From Halovivax sp. (lineage in GTDB: Archaea > Halobacteriota > Halobacteria > Halobacteriales > Natrialbaceae), in the NCBI RefSeq assembly GCF_007119345.1, contig NZ_SKPV01000010.1: a stretch of 64,000 nt of DNA. One strand, 5' to 3'. The position numbers were made by a program, and so were the translations under genes. This document shows, piece after piece, positions 51,672 to 61,291 of the stretch. Below the pieces are notes generated by a model, which saw only the letters and a list, made by a program, of their open reading frames with translations, searched no databases and was not told the DNA's origin. Position 1 is the stretch's first letter. The number at the start of each line of letters is the position of its first letter.

Positions 51672-52976
51672 ATGACCGAGACCTACGACGTGGTCATCGC
51701 TGGCGCGGGGCCGGCGGGTGCCCAGTGTGCGCGTGACCTGGCGACCAGAGGCTACGACGTGGTCGTCCTCGAGACGGAATCAGAGGACGTCTTCCCGAAG
51801 ACCAGCAACAAGTCGACCGCGGGTACGTTCCCGTCGATGATAACCTCGTTCGGCGTGCCCGACGACGTGGTGATGAACTTCACCGACAAGGTCGTCCTGG
51901 AGTCCCCGAACAACCACTATACGCGCCATCACCCCGGCGCAGTCCTGGAGTTCGCCGACTTCAAGCGCTGGCTCGTCGAGGCGGGTCGCGAGGAGGGTGC
52001 CGAGTACCGCTTCGACGCGCGCGTGACCGGCCCCGTGATGGAGGACGGCGAGATCGTCGGCGTCGAGTACAACGGCGGCGAGGAGGTCAGGGGCGAGATC
52101 ACGGTCGACGCGACGGGGCCGAGCGCGCCGCTGGCGAAAGCGCTGGGCGTGAGCGACCTCAAGCGCGAGAACCACGCGATCGGCATCGAGTACGAGTTCA
52201 CCGGCCTCGACCTCGACCACTCCGACTACGGCGACCTCACCGACGCGATGATGCTGCGACTCGATCACGACCTCGCGCCGGGTGGCTACTCCTGGATCTT
52301 CCACACCGGCGGCGACGAGGCGAAGGTCGGCCTCTGCTACATCCAGAACGAGAGTCACCGCGACTACGCGCGCGAGGACTTCAGCATCGACGACTACCTC
52401 TCGTACTGGGTGGAGAACGACCCCCGCTTCGCCGACGCCGAGCGCAAGGAGGGTGTCCAGCACCGCGGTTCCGCACACATCCAGATGCCGGGACGGCTCT
52501 CGACCGACCGCTTCATGGCGATCGGGGACACCGTTCCGTCGATCGACCCGGTCTGGGGAGAGGGGATCCACAAGGGCATGAAATCCGCTCGCGCGGCCGC
52601 GATCACCGTCGAAGCCTGCCTCGAGAACGGCATGACCGACACCAGCGCCGAGCAGATGGCGCTGTACGACCGCCTCTGGCACCGGGACGTCGCGCCGAAC
52701 CACCGAAACCGGCTGCTGATGACCGAACTACTGTACCTCGCCCCGAACGAGCGCTACGACCGGCTGATGCGCGACCTCCGCCGGTGCGACGAAGACACCC
52801 TCCGCAAGGCCAACGAGGGCAACAAGCTCGCGATCGCGAAGTTGCTTCACTTCGACGACGTCCCGCTGCTGTCGGATCTCGTCCGGAACAAGATGGCCTT
52901 CGACCTCGACGGAGTGCTGCCGAAACCGGTGAGCAAACGAACCGGCGGCGCGTCCGCCACGTTCCGCTTCAAGTAG
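51672..52976 (+). CDS. digeranylgeranylglycerophospholipid reductase-like flavoprotein
   Basis: DVVIAGAGPAG, DATG, APGGYSWIF and IGD...DPVWGEGI motifs. Confidence 0.88.
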   Translation: MTETYDVVIAGAGPAGAQCARDLATRGYDVVVLETESEDVFPKTSNKSTAGTFPSMITSFGVPDDVVMNFTDKVVLESPNNHYTRHHPGAVLEFADFKRWLVEAGREEGAEYRFDARVTGPVMEDGEIVGVEYNGGEEVRGEITVDATGPSAPLAKALGVSDLKRENHAIGIEYEFTGLDLDHSDYGDLTDAMMLRLDHDLAPGGYSWIFHTGGDEAKVGLCYIQNESHRDYAREDFSIDDYLSYWVENDPRFADAERKEGVQHRGSAHIQMPGRLSTDRFMAIGDTVPSIDPVWGEGIHKGMKSARAAAITVEACLENGMTDTSAEQMALYDRLWHRDVAPNHRNRLLMTELLYLAPNERYDRLMRDLRRCDEDTLRKANEGNKLAIAKLLHFDDVPLLSDLVRNKMAFDLDGVLPKPVSKRTGGASATFRFK

Positions 52977-53104
52977 ACGACGGTTCCCGGCCGTCGACCG
53001 AGACGTCCGCCCGCTCCGTCGCCCGGATCGACGGGGCTCGAACCGATCTCGGTATCCGCGAGCGAATCCGTACGTTTTCGTGATCGGCCTCGTACCCGTC
53101 GAGT

Positions 53105-54136
53105 ATGTCGGACCGAGCCGGTGCCCCCTGGTACGCCGACCGACCCGGGCTGCTGGCGCTCGCCGCGGGCAGCGTCGCCATCGCCGCGCTCGTCGTGGCC
53201 CCCTACCTCAACTACGTTCTGCTGGCCGTGATCCTGGCCTACATCCTGTACCCGGGCCAGCGGCTGCTCGAGCGGTACGTCAGTTCGACCGTCGCCGCGT
53301 TCGCGCTGGTGCTCGTGGCGATACTGGTGATCTTGCTGCCGATACTCTACCTGCTCTCGATCGCGATCCGCGAGGCGCTACAGGTCGTCGCGGCGATCCA
53401 GGAGGGAACGATCGGACCCGACGCCATCGAGGGGCGACTGGCGGACGTCGGTTACGGCGTGGAGCTCGAAGACCTGTACGCGGCCTACCAGGAGCCGATC
53501 GCGACGGGGCTCCAGGGACTCGCGACCGGCGCGGTCGGAATCGTCGGGGGGATCCCGGAGCTGCTCATCGGCCTCACGGTGACGCTGTTCGTCCTCTTCT
53601 CGCTGCTGCGCGACGGCGAGCGTCTCGTGGCCTGGGTGTGTCGGGTGACGCCGCTGAGACCCGCGGTCCAGACGGAGCTCCTCGCGGAGCTCGATCGATT
53701 GATGTGGGCGTCGGTCGTCGGTAACGTGGTCGTCGCCGCGATACAGGCGGTTCTGCTGGGCGCGGGCCTCTCCGTCCTCGGCGTTCCCGCGGTGGCGTTC
53801 CTGACCGTGGCGACGTTCGTCCTCGCCTTGCTGCCGCTGGTCGGCGCGTTCGGCGTCTGGGTGCCCGTCTCGCTCTACCTGCTGGCGGCGGATCGACCCC
53901 TCGCCGCTAGCGCCCTCGTCGTCTACGGGATGTTCGTTAGCGGCTCGGACATGTACCTCCGGCCGGCCCTGATCGGCCGGAGCGCGTCGTTCGATCCCGC
54001 GACGATCGTCCTCGGCATCTTCGGAGGCCTCGTCGTCTTCGGCGCGGTCGGGCTCTTCATCGGGCCCGTCGTCCTCGGGGGCGCGAAGATCGTCCTCGAC
54101 ACGGTGGCCCGGGAACGGTGGGACGCCGCCACCTGA
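53105..54136 (+). CDS. AI-2E family transporter (PerM-like)
   Basis: LLRDGE, LPLVG, YLRP and GGLVVFGAVGLFIGPVVL motifs. Confidence 0.9.
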   Translation: MSDRAGAPWYADRPGLLALAAGSVAIAALVVAPYLNYVLLAVILAYILYPGQRLLERYVSSTVAAFALVLVAILVILLPILYLLSIAIREALQVVAAIQEGTIGPDAIEGRLADVGYGVELEDLYAAYQEPIATGLQGLATGAVGIVGGIPELLIGLTVTLFVLFSLLRDGERLVAWVCRVTPLRPAVQTELLAELDRLMWASVVGNVVVAAIQAVLLGAGLSVLGVPAVAFLTVATFVLALLPLVGAFGVWVPVSLYLLAADRPLAASALVVYGMFVSGSDMYLRPALIGRSASFDPATIVLGIFGGLVVFGAVGLFIGPVVLGGAKIVLDTVARERWDAAT

Positions 54137-54190
54137 ACGGCCGGACACACCGTCCTCACTCGCTTCCGCACGCACCCGGGACGCTGGGAC

Positions 54191-54466
54191 TCACTCGACT
54201 CGGTCCCGGACCCACTCGTAGTGCTCGCGGAGCCGACGCTCGCCCGCCTCCGTCAGGGCGTAGACGTCGGAGATCCCCTCCGTGCGAACCTCGACGTGGC
54301 CGGCCTCGACGAGGGCCGAGAGGGAGCCGTAGAACGCTGACGGCTCGATTCGGGCGTCGTAGTGGGACTCGAGGCGCGATTTCAACTCCTGGCCGCGGAG
54401 CTCGCCTTCGTCGGCCAGAATGTAACACGTATCCCGCCGTCGGCCGCTCTGGAGCCACTTCGTCAT
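54191..54466 (-). CDS. PadR-like winged-helix regulator
   Basis: MTKWLQSGRRRD...GQELKSRLESHY...FYGSLSALV..G...YALTEAG. Confidence 0.88.
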   Translation of the reverse strand: MTKWLQSGRRRDTCYILADEGELRGQELKSRLESHYDARIEPSAFYGSLSALVEAGHVEVRTEGISDVYALTEAGERRLREHYEWVRDRVE

Positions 54467-54623
54467 GGCCGTGCGTACGCGAAGCGAGGTCACGGCGGTT
54501 TCGGTTTCCCGTCGCTCGGGCAGAACCCGGCGAGTTCGGCGAGCGATCGGGCGCCGATCGAACCGGCGCTTCGGTTGCGCGGAAATCGACAACTTCGCGT
54601 ACGGCGGACCACGACCGTTCCAC

Positions 54624-54920
54624 ATGACCGATCCCGAGCGACGGGCCGAATCCGACGGAATCGTCGCGACCTATCGCGAGACGGAGAGCGAACGGCTCCT
54701 CGAGTTCGAGCGAAGCGCCGATTCGGCCCGCGCGGGCACCGCGGCCATCGCCCAGAACCGCGAGGGATACGCCATGCTGAAGGTCCGACCCGCCGCCGAC
54801 GGCAACGAGCTCGAGCGGTACTACGGGTTCGACATGGCCCTCGACCACGCCGCAGAGCTGCTCGGCGTTCCGCCGACGGAGCTGCCGATTCCGGACGCCG
54901 CCGCCGACATGGGGATGTGA
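54624..54920 (+). CDS. conserved haloarchaeal small protein
   Basis: AAIAQNREGYAMLKVR...ELERYYGFDMALDHAAELLG...DMGM. Confidence 0.85.
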   Translation: MTDPERRAESDGIVATYRETESERLLEFERSADSARAGTAAIAQNREGYAMLKVRPAADGNELERYYGFDMALDHAAELLGVPPTELPIPDAAADMGM

Positions 54921-55076
54921 CCCCCTATTCGGGAGCGCTGCACGCCGCACAATCGGTCGAGAGACTCGCTTCCGCACGCACCCGGGAGACTCGCTCCCGA
55001 ACGCGACCGTGCCGTTCTACACCCGCGGAAAAACGGGAACCCTAAGTAACGTCGACCGAAGGGAGAGATAACGACC

Positions 55077-56543
55077 GTGAGGGACGAGACGTTTCCATCG
55101 CCGATCGGGACTCGCCAGCGGTTCGCCGGACTCCTCACAGCGACCGCGATTGGGGTCTACCTCCTCATCGTCCTCGGCGCCACGACCTCGCTCACCGACG
55201 CCGTGTCGGCGTGCTCGACGTGGCCGACCTGCAGCGCGCCCACGGACCCGCTGAGCCAGACCGAGCTCGCGGTCGCGTGGGCCCACCGGATCGCCGCCGT
55301 CGTCGTCGGCGGGTTCGTCGTCGCGACCGCGGCCGTCGCCTGGCTCGGCGATACCGGCCGGCGGGTCCGGTACGTCCTCCTCGTCGGCCTCGCGCTGTAC
55401 GCCGTTCAGGTTGGGATCGGCGCCGCGACGGCCACGCTCGGCCCCGCGGCGGTCCTCCCCGGATTACACCTCGCTCTCGGCGTTTCCATCTTCGGCGCCG
55501 TCGTCCTGGCGCTCGCGTGGGATCTGGAGGCGGCGACCGGAACGGACGACGGCGGGATCGATCGTCGCGTCGAGGCGCCGGCGGCTACCGATGTCGACGA
55601 ACCCGATCCGGCGCGGATTCCCCGCGAGGCCGATCACGCGCCCGAACCCACACGATCGCTTCCGACCGGCCGTCTGGCGCGTGCGCGACTCACCGGCGCA
55701 GCGTACCTCTCGATGACGAAGCCGCGGCTAATGTGGTTGCTCTGTCTCGTCGCGGCCGCGGGCATGGCGCTCGCGGCTGGTCCGAACCTGCGGATCGAGA
55801 CGGTCCTCGCCACGCTCGGCGGCGGCGTGCTCGCCATCGGCGCCTCGGGGACGTTCAACCACGTCCTCGAGCGCGACGTCGACCGCCGGATGAACCGCAC
55901 GGCGGACCGGCCGCTCGCGACCGACCTCGTCCCCGTCCGGAACGCGCTCGCGTTCGGAGTGGCCCTCGCGGCGGCGTCGGTCGGCGTCTTCCTCACGATC
56001 AACGCGCTCGCGGCCGCCCTCGGCCTGATCGCCATCCTGTTCTACAGCGTGGTCTACACGCTGGTGTTGAAACCGAACACCGTCCAGAACACCGTCATCG
56101 GCGGCGCCGCCGGAGCCCTGCCGGCGCTCATCGGGTGGGCGGCCGTGACGAACGAGATCGGCCTCCCCGGGCTGGCGCTCGCGGGGCTGATCTTCCTCTG
56201 GACGCCCGCACACTTCTATAACCTGGCGCTGGCCTACCGAGACGACTACGCCCGCGGGGGGTTCCCGATGCTGCCGGTCGTCCGCGGCGAGACCGTCACC
56301 AGAAAGCACATCGTCTACTACCTGGCGGCGACGCTCGTGGGCGCGACGGGGCTGGCGTGGCTGACGGATCTCGGGGCCGTGTACGCCGCGACGGTGGTCG
56401 TCTTCGGCGCCGTCTTCCTCTGGGCCGCCGTCGACCTCCACTTCGAGCAGACCGAACGGGCGGCGTTCCGTTCGTTCCACGCCTCGAACGCGTTCCTCGG
56501 GGCCGTCCTCGTGGCGATCCTGATCGACGCCCTCGCCTTCTAG
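55077..56543 (+). CDS. cyoE: heme O synthase (protoheme IX farnesyltransferase) with N-terminal CtaA/COX15-like domain
   Basis: ACSTWPTC and WAHR at the N-terminus; TKPR, ERDVDRRMNRTADRP, WTPAHF and DDYARGGFPMLP. Confidence 0.95.
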   Translation: MRDETFPSPIGTRQRFAGLLTATAIGVYLLIVLGATTSLTDAVSACSTWPTCSAPTDPLSQTELAVAWAHRIAAVVVGGFVVATAAVAWLGDTGRRVRYVLLVGLALYAVQVGIGAATATLGPAAVLPGLHLALGVSIFGAVVLALAWDLEAATGTDDGGIDRRVEAPAATDVDEPDPARIPREADHAPEPTRSLPTGRLARARLTGAAYLSMTKPRLMWLLCLVAAAGMALAAGPNLRIETVLATLGGGVLAIGASGTFNHVLERDVDRRMNRTADRPLATDLVPVRNALAFGVALAAASVGVFLTINALAAALGLIAILFYSVVYTLVLKPNTVQNTVIGGAAGALPALIGWAAVTNEIGLPGLALAGLIFLWTPAHFYNLALAYRDDYARGGFPMLPVVRGETVTRKHIVYYLAATLVGATGLAWLTDLGAVYAATVVVFGAVFLWAAVDLHFEQTERAAFRSFHASNAFLGAVLVAILIDALAF

Positions 56544-56544
56544 C

Positions 56545-57228
56545 ATGGCGTCACTCCAGGGCCGGTCCGTCGACGTTCACCGTCCGCGCGTAGAAATCCT
56601 GATCGGGTGGGGAATGCTGCTGGCCGCCCAGGCCGCGCTGCTCGCGGCCTACCTCACCGCCCGCAACCTCTCACCCGGGTTCTTCCACCTCGCGCCCTTC
56701 ATCTGGATAAACGTCGGCCTCTGGGCCGCCTGGCGGACGAGCCCGCCGAAGGCGCCGCGGCGTCGGCGACGGGCGGCCGCGGCCGTCGCCGCGGGCTACT
56801 TCCTCCTGGTCGGCTACGTCGCCGGGATCTACGCCGTCGATCCGTTCGGCGGAATCGCCCACCCGGCGTCCGGGTTCCGGTTCGAGGCCGCGTACCCGCC
56901 GGGCTACGGGCCCGCCGCGTTCTACGCGGGCGAGTACGTGCAGGTCGCGCTGGTCCCCTACCTGCTGGTCGGCTACCTCTCGATCGCGTACCTCGTCTAC
57001 GTCACGGCACTCGACGCCGCGCGGTCGGCCGCCGGCGGCGTCTTCGGCCTCGTGGCGTGCATCGGCTGCGCCTGGCCGCTGCTCGCGCCGGTGCTCGCGG
57101 GGGTGGCGGGCGGCGGCACGGCCCTCACTTCTGCCGTCTACGCGAACTCCTCCGAGCTGTCGACGCTCGCGTTCCTCGCGGCGATCGCCGTCCTCACCTG
57201 GCGACCGCTCGGTCGCGGCGACGAGTAG
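56545..57228 (+). CDS. haloarchaeal membrane protein with CxxC motif
   Basis: PFIWIN, PPGYGP and ACIGCAWP; multiple TM helices; starts 1 nt after the cyoE stop. Confidence 0.8.
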   Translation: MASLQGRSVDVHRPRVEILIGWGMLLAAQAALLAAYLTARNLSPGFFHLAPFIWINVGLWAAWRTSPPKAPRRRRRAAAAVAAGYFLLVGYVAGIYAVDPFGGIAHPASGFRFEAAYPPGYGPAAFYAGEYVQVALVPYLLVGYLSIAYLVYVTALDAARSAAGGVFGLVACIGCAWPLLAPVLAGVAGGGTALTSAVYANSSELSTLAFLAAIAVLTWRPLGRGDE

Positions 57229-57320
57229 GCGCCGCGCCCCCGCGGCTCCGACCTGATCGACGGCTGGCCGTTCGCTCCCTGGCGCGGTCGATCCGCTCGA
57301 ACTGTTCCTCCGGAAGGTCG

Positions 57321-57366
57321 ACTACCGCGGGGAAACCGACGTGGCACTACCGCGGGGAAACCGACG
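57321..57366. repeat. 25-bp-period duplication
   Basis: actaccgcggggaaaccgacg at 57321 and 57346. Confidence 0.85.
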
Positions 57367-57423
57367 AAGTCGGCTCGCGAACCGATCCGTCCGCACCGAG
57401 GCGGAATCACCGGACCGATCGCG

Positions 57424-58128
57424 TCACAGGTCGAATTCGAGTCGATCTCCCTCGGCGACGCCGCGGTCGGCCGTCCACTCGTAACCCACCTCGAGCACGT
57501 ATTGCCCGCGCCCGGGATAACGCTGGTCCTCGCCGTCCTCGTCGGGCCCCGGCTCGGGCGCGTGGTGAATCTCCGTGATAACGCCGTCCGCGTCGGCGTA
57601 GACGATGTCGATCCCGAAGTCCATCTCGCGCATGACGAACGTGCGGTCGTCGACGTCCTCGTAGACGAAGAGCATGCCCCGATCCTCCGGCAGCGATTCC
57701 GTGTCGCTCAATCCCAGGTAGCGCAGGTCCGGCGTATCCACGATGGCCGCCGTCACCGATCCCAGCTCGTCGCCGTCGGGGTCCGTCACCGTCACTTCGG
57801 TCGTCTCGTAGTCGTCGTGGACGTCCGCGTCTCCGTTCGCGTCAGTCGACTCCGAATCCCCGTCGGCATCGTCGTTCCCGGCGGAACCGTCGCCGTCCGA
57901 CTTCGCATCGTCACCCTCCGACTCCGCATCGTCATCGTCGAACTTCGCATCGTCATCGTCCGACTTCGCATCGTCGCCCCCCGACTCCGCATCGTCACCG
58001 CTCGTCGGGTCGTCGACTCCTCGCTCGAGGAGGTCGGTACAACCCGAGAGACCGACGCCTCCGATGACGGCACCGGCGGCCAGCAAGCAGTCACGACGCG
58101 GCGAGGATACGCCGTCTCGCGGGATCAT
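57424..58128 (-). CDS. DUF192 domain Tat lipoprotein with acidic 7-aa repeat linker
   Basis: SPRRDCLL...LSGC lipobox; DDA[KE]S repeats; GLS..SLPEDRGMLF, FVMREMDFGIDI and YVLEV. Confidence 0.88.
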   Translation of the reverse strand: MIPRDGVSSPRRDCLLAAGAVIGGVGLSGCTDLLERGVDDPTSGDDAESGGDDAKSDDDDAKFDDDDAESEGDDAKSDGDGSAGNDDADGDSESTDANGDADVHDDYETTEVTVTDPDGDELGSVTAAIVDTPDLRYLGLSDTESLPEDRGMLFVYEDVDDRTFVMREMDFGIDIVYADADGVITEIHHAPEPGPDEDGEDQRYPGRGQYVLEVGYEWTADRGVAEGDRLEFDL

Positions 58129-58208
58129 CGACGGGGAAGTCCACCACGTCGGTTCGGATAACGGTTGGCGCTCGGACCGACCGCGTCGCCGATGTCGGGA
58201 GGGAGCGC

Positions 58209-59165
58209 TCACCCGAGTTCCGGCATCACCTCGTCCTCGAAGAACTCGAGGAACGCGCCCTGCTCCGGCCCTATCTGGTGGAAGTAGACGTGGTCGTAGC
58301 CCGCGTCGACCGCCGTCTCGTAGCTCTCGATCCAGCGCCCCGGATCGGGGTCGGTCACCGTCGCCGACTCGGCGATCTCCTCGCGGTCGACCATCTGGGC
58401 GGCCTGCTCGAAGTGTCTGGGAGAGGGAAGCTCCTGGGCGAGCTCGCCCGGGAGCGAGCCGTTCGGCCAGAGTTCGTGGACGGTATCGACCGCTTCATCT
58501 TCGCTCTCTGCGTAGCAGCCGTGGAGCTGGGTCCACCGGGGCCCTTCGCCGCCGGCGTCTTCGAAGGCCTCGACGACGTCGTCCTGGGGACCCGAACACC
58601 AGAGGCCGTCGCCGTGACCTGCCGCCCAGCGGGCGGTCTTCGTGCCGAACGCGCTGACGACGACCTCGGGTTGCTCGTCGGGGACGGTAAACAGCTTCGC
58701 GTTCTCGACGGTGTAGTGCTCGCCGCGGTAGCTGGTGTTCTGCCCGGTCCAGAGTGTTCGCATGAGCTCCATCGATTCTTCGAGCATCTCGAGGCGCACC
58801 CGATGTTCGGGCCAGCGCTCGCCGACGACGTGCTCGTTCAGGTTCTCGCCGGTGCCGACGCCGAAGGTGAACCGATCGCCGAGCATCTCGGCGACGGTCC
58901 CGACGGCGTGGGCCACGTTCACCGGGTGGATCCGGATGGTCGGGCAGGTGACGCCGACGCCAACGTCGATCTCGTCCGTGACCGCCGCGATCCCGCCCAG
59001 CGTGGTCCAGACGAACGACGATTCGCCCTGAGCGGAAACCCACGGGTGGAAGTGATCGGAGATCGAGACGAAGTCGAAGCCGACCTCCTCGGCGCGCCTG
59101 GCGAGCCGGATCAGTTCGTCGGGGCCGTGCTCCTCGCTAGAGAGGGTGTAGCCGAGCCGGGTCAT
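58209..59165 (-). CDS. F420-dependent LLM-class oxidoreductase (G6PDH-like family)
   Basis: LSSEEHGP, ISDHFHPW, GVTCP, GVGTGENLNEH and FHQIG motifs. Confidence 0.93.
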   Translation of the reverse strand: MTRLGYTLSSEEHGPDELIRLARRAEEVGFDFVSISDHFHPWVSAQGESSFVWTTLGGIAAVTDEIDVGVGVTCPTIRIHPVNVAHAVGTVAEMLGDRFTFGVGTGENLNEHVVGERWPEHRVRLEMLEESMELMRTLWTGQNTSYRGEHYTVENAKLFTVPDEQPEVVVSAFGTKTARWAAGHGDGLWCSGPQDDVVEAFEDAGGEGPRWTQLHGCYAESEDEAVDTVHELWPNGSLPGELAQELPSPRHFEQAAQMVDREEIAESATVTDPDPGRWIESYETAVDAGYDHVYFHQIGPEQGAFLEFFEDEVMPELG

Positions 59166-59237
59166 GGGTCGTCGAACGGACGACGCCGGCGGGCAAACCG
59201 GTTGGCCCTGCGACCGTCTGGGTCGGTCGCTGCGAGT

Positions 59238-59335
59238 CATCCGGAATCCCCCGGCTAGTCATCCGGAATCCCTCGGGGACCATCCGGAATCCCTCGGGGA
59301 CCATCCGGAATCCCTCGGGGACCATCCGGAATCCC
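59238..59335. repeat. 21-bp tandem repeat, about 4.6 copies (catccggaatccctcggggac)
   Basis: Units at 59238, 59260, 59281, 59302 and 59323. Confidence 0.95.
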
Positions 59336-59459
59336 ACCGAGCCGCGACGCGGGACGTCCCGCCGGAAGGTGCGAAACGCCCCGACCGGAATTCGGGGTCC
59401 GGCCGGCGAGCGGCGAGGAAATCGAACGCCTTACCCGCCGCCGGGAGATAGCCGGTCGC

Positions 59460-60458
59460 ATGGAACCGGCCGTCGTCGCCGAGGGCGTCACGAAGCGGTA
59501 CGGAGAGTCGGTCGCCCTCGACGGGGTCTCGCTGTCGATCGAGCCGGGCGAGGTGTTCGGACTGATCGGTCCCAACGGGGCCGGGAAGACGACGCTCGTT
59601 CGCGCGCTGACCGGGACCCTCGCCCCCGACGCGGGCGACGTCCGACTGCTGGGCGTCGACCCGTCGGGGGTCGACCGCGACCGCATCGGCGTCCTCCCGC
59701 AGGCGTTCTCCCCGCCGAATCGGCTGACGGCTCGCGAACTACTGACGTACTACGCCGGCCTCTACCCCGCGGCGCGCGGGCCGGAGACCGTCCTCGCGGA
59801 CGTCGGCCTGACCGACGCCGCGGACACCTGGTACGAGAACCTCTCGGGCGGACAGCGTCGTCGCGTCTGCGTCGGCGCCGCGCTCGTCAACGACCCGGAC
59901 GTGCTCGTCCTCGACGAGCCAACGACGGGGATCGACCCCGCGGGGCGGCGGACGGTCTGGGGGCTCGTGGAGGCGCTGGCCGAGAGCGGAACCACGGTCC
60001 TGCTGACGACCCACGACATGGCCGAGGCCGAACGGCTCGCCGATCGGGTGGGACTGCTGGCCGACGGCGAAATGGTCGCGACCGGGACCCCCGAGGCGCT
60101 GGTCTCCGAACACGCCGGCGAGAGCCGGTTGACGGTCGAACTGGGGGAGCCGACGGCTTCGAGCGCCGAGGACGTCGGTGAGGGAGTCGATCCTCGAACG
60201 ATCGAGACGGTCCCGTACTCCGCCGAGGCCCGCCCGGGACGACTCGTCGTCCGGGACGTCGAACCCCGCGACATCGGCGCGGTTGCCGCCGCGCTGGAGG
60301 AGGCGGGGATCGCGTACACCGGCCTCGACTGGTCCGAACCGGGGCTCGAAGCGGTCTACCTCGAACTCGCGGGGGCCGTCGAGGGCGCCGCGACGACGCG
60401 CTCGCCGGAGGCGGCGGGAGACGTCGACGCCGTCGCCGCGGGAGGTGAGCGACGGTGA
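59460..60458 (+). CDS. ABC transporter ATP-binding protein
   Basis: GPNGAGKTT, LSGGQ, LDEPT and THDM motifs. Confidence 0.96.
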   Translation: MEPAVVAEGVTKRYGESVALDGVSLSIEPGEVFGLIGPNGAGKTTLVRALTGTLAPDAGDVRLLGVDPSGVDRDRIGVLPQAFSPPNRLTARELLTYYAGLYPAARGPETVLADVGLTDAADTWYENLSGGQRRRVCVGAALVNDPDVLVLDEPTTGIDPAGRRTVWGLVEALAESGTTVLLTTHDMAEAERLADRVGLLADGEMVATGTPEALVSEHAGESRLTVELGEPTASSAEDVGEGVDPRTIETVPYSAEARPGRLVVRDVEPRDIGAVAAALEEAGIAYTGLDWSEPGLEAVYLELAGAVEGAATTRSPEAAGDVDAVAAGGERR

Positions 60459-61252
60459 GCGATCCGGTGGGATCCGCGAGCCAGCGCCTGGCCAGGGTCC
60501 GCGCCGAGACGAGCGCCGGGTGGCGATCGTTCGTCCGCCGGCGGACGGCCGTCTTCTTCACGTTCTTCTTCCCCGCCATCCTCGTGATCATCTTCGGCGC
60601 GCTCGTCCGTACCGACCCGACGGGCGAGGGGCTCTTCGCGGAGCCGGCGGGCTACTACGTCCCGGGCTACCTCGCCGTCGTCGTCCTCTTCACGCCGCTG
60701 TCGCGGATGGGCAGCGAGGTGGCTCGCCACCGGGAGGGCAACCGCTTCGAGAAGCTGGCGACGACGCCGCTCTCGCGCGCCGAGTGGCTGCTCGCCCAGA
60801 CGATCGTCAACGCGGTCATCATCGCGATCGCCTGCGCGCTCATTCTGGTCCTGGTGATCGCCCTCACCGGCGCCGAGGTGACCCTCTCGGCGCTGCTCGT
60901 CCCCTACGTGCTCGTCGGTGTCGTCTGCTTTTGCGGCGTCGGCGCGGCCATCGGCAGCTACACCGACTCCCGGGACGGCGCGATCGCCGCGAGCAACGCG
61001 ATCGGCCTCCCGCTGTTGTTCCTCTCGGAGACGTTCGTCACGCTCGACCAGCTGCCGGGCTGGTTCGGCCCGCTCGTCGACCTCTCGCCGCTGACGTACT
61101 TCGCCCGCGGCGTGCGCGCGGCGACGTACCCGGCGGCGGAGGCCACGACCGTCGCGGGCGTCGATCCCGCGCTCGCGAACCTCGCGGTGCTCGCCGGTAT
61201 CGCCGCCTTCGCGTTCTGGATCGGTGCGAGGTCGATTCCGCGGACCGACTGA
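60455..61252 (+). CDS. ABC-2 type transporter permease
   Basis: FFTFFFP, REGNRFEKLATTPLS and SPLTY; about 6 TM helices; GTGA overlap. Confidence 0.93.
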   Translation: MSDPVGSASQRLARVRAETSAGWRSFVRRRTAVFFTFFFPAILVIIFGALVRTDPTGEGLFAEPAGYYVPGYLAVVVLFTPLSRMGSEVARHREGNRFEKLATTPLSRAEWLLAQTIVNAVIIAIACALILVLVIALTGAEVTLSALLVPYVLVGVVCFCGVGAAIGSYTDSRDGAIAASNAIGLPLLFLSETFVTLDQLPGWFGPLVDLSPLTYFARGVRAATYPAAEATTVAGVDPALANLAVLAGIAAFAFWIGARSIPRTD

Positions 61253-61291
61253 TCGATCCCAGCGGGCCGCGTCGTCGAAGCGCGCAGGGCG

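Larger units (their letters stand above)
54158..54987. repeat. perfect 24-bp direct repeats (54158-54181 and 54964-54987) flanking a two-gene segment
   Basis: actcgcttccgcacgcacccggga read at both positions. Confidence 0.85.
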
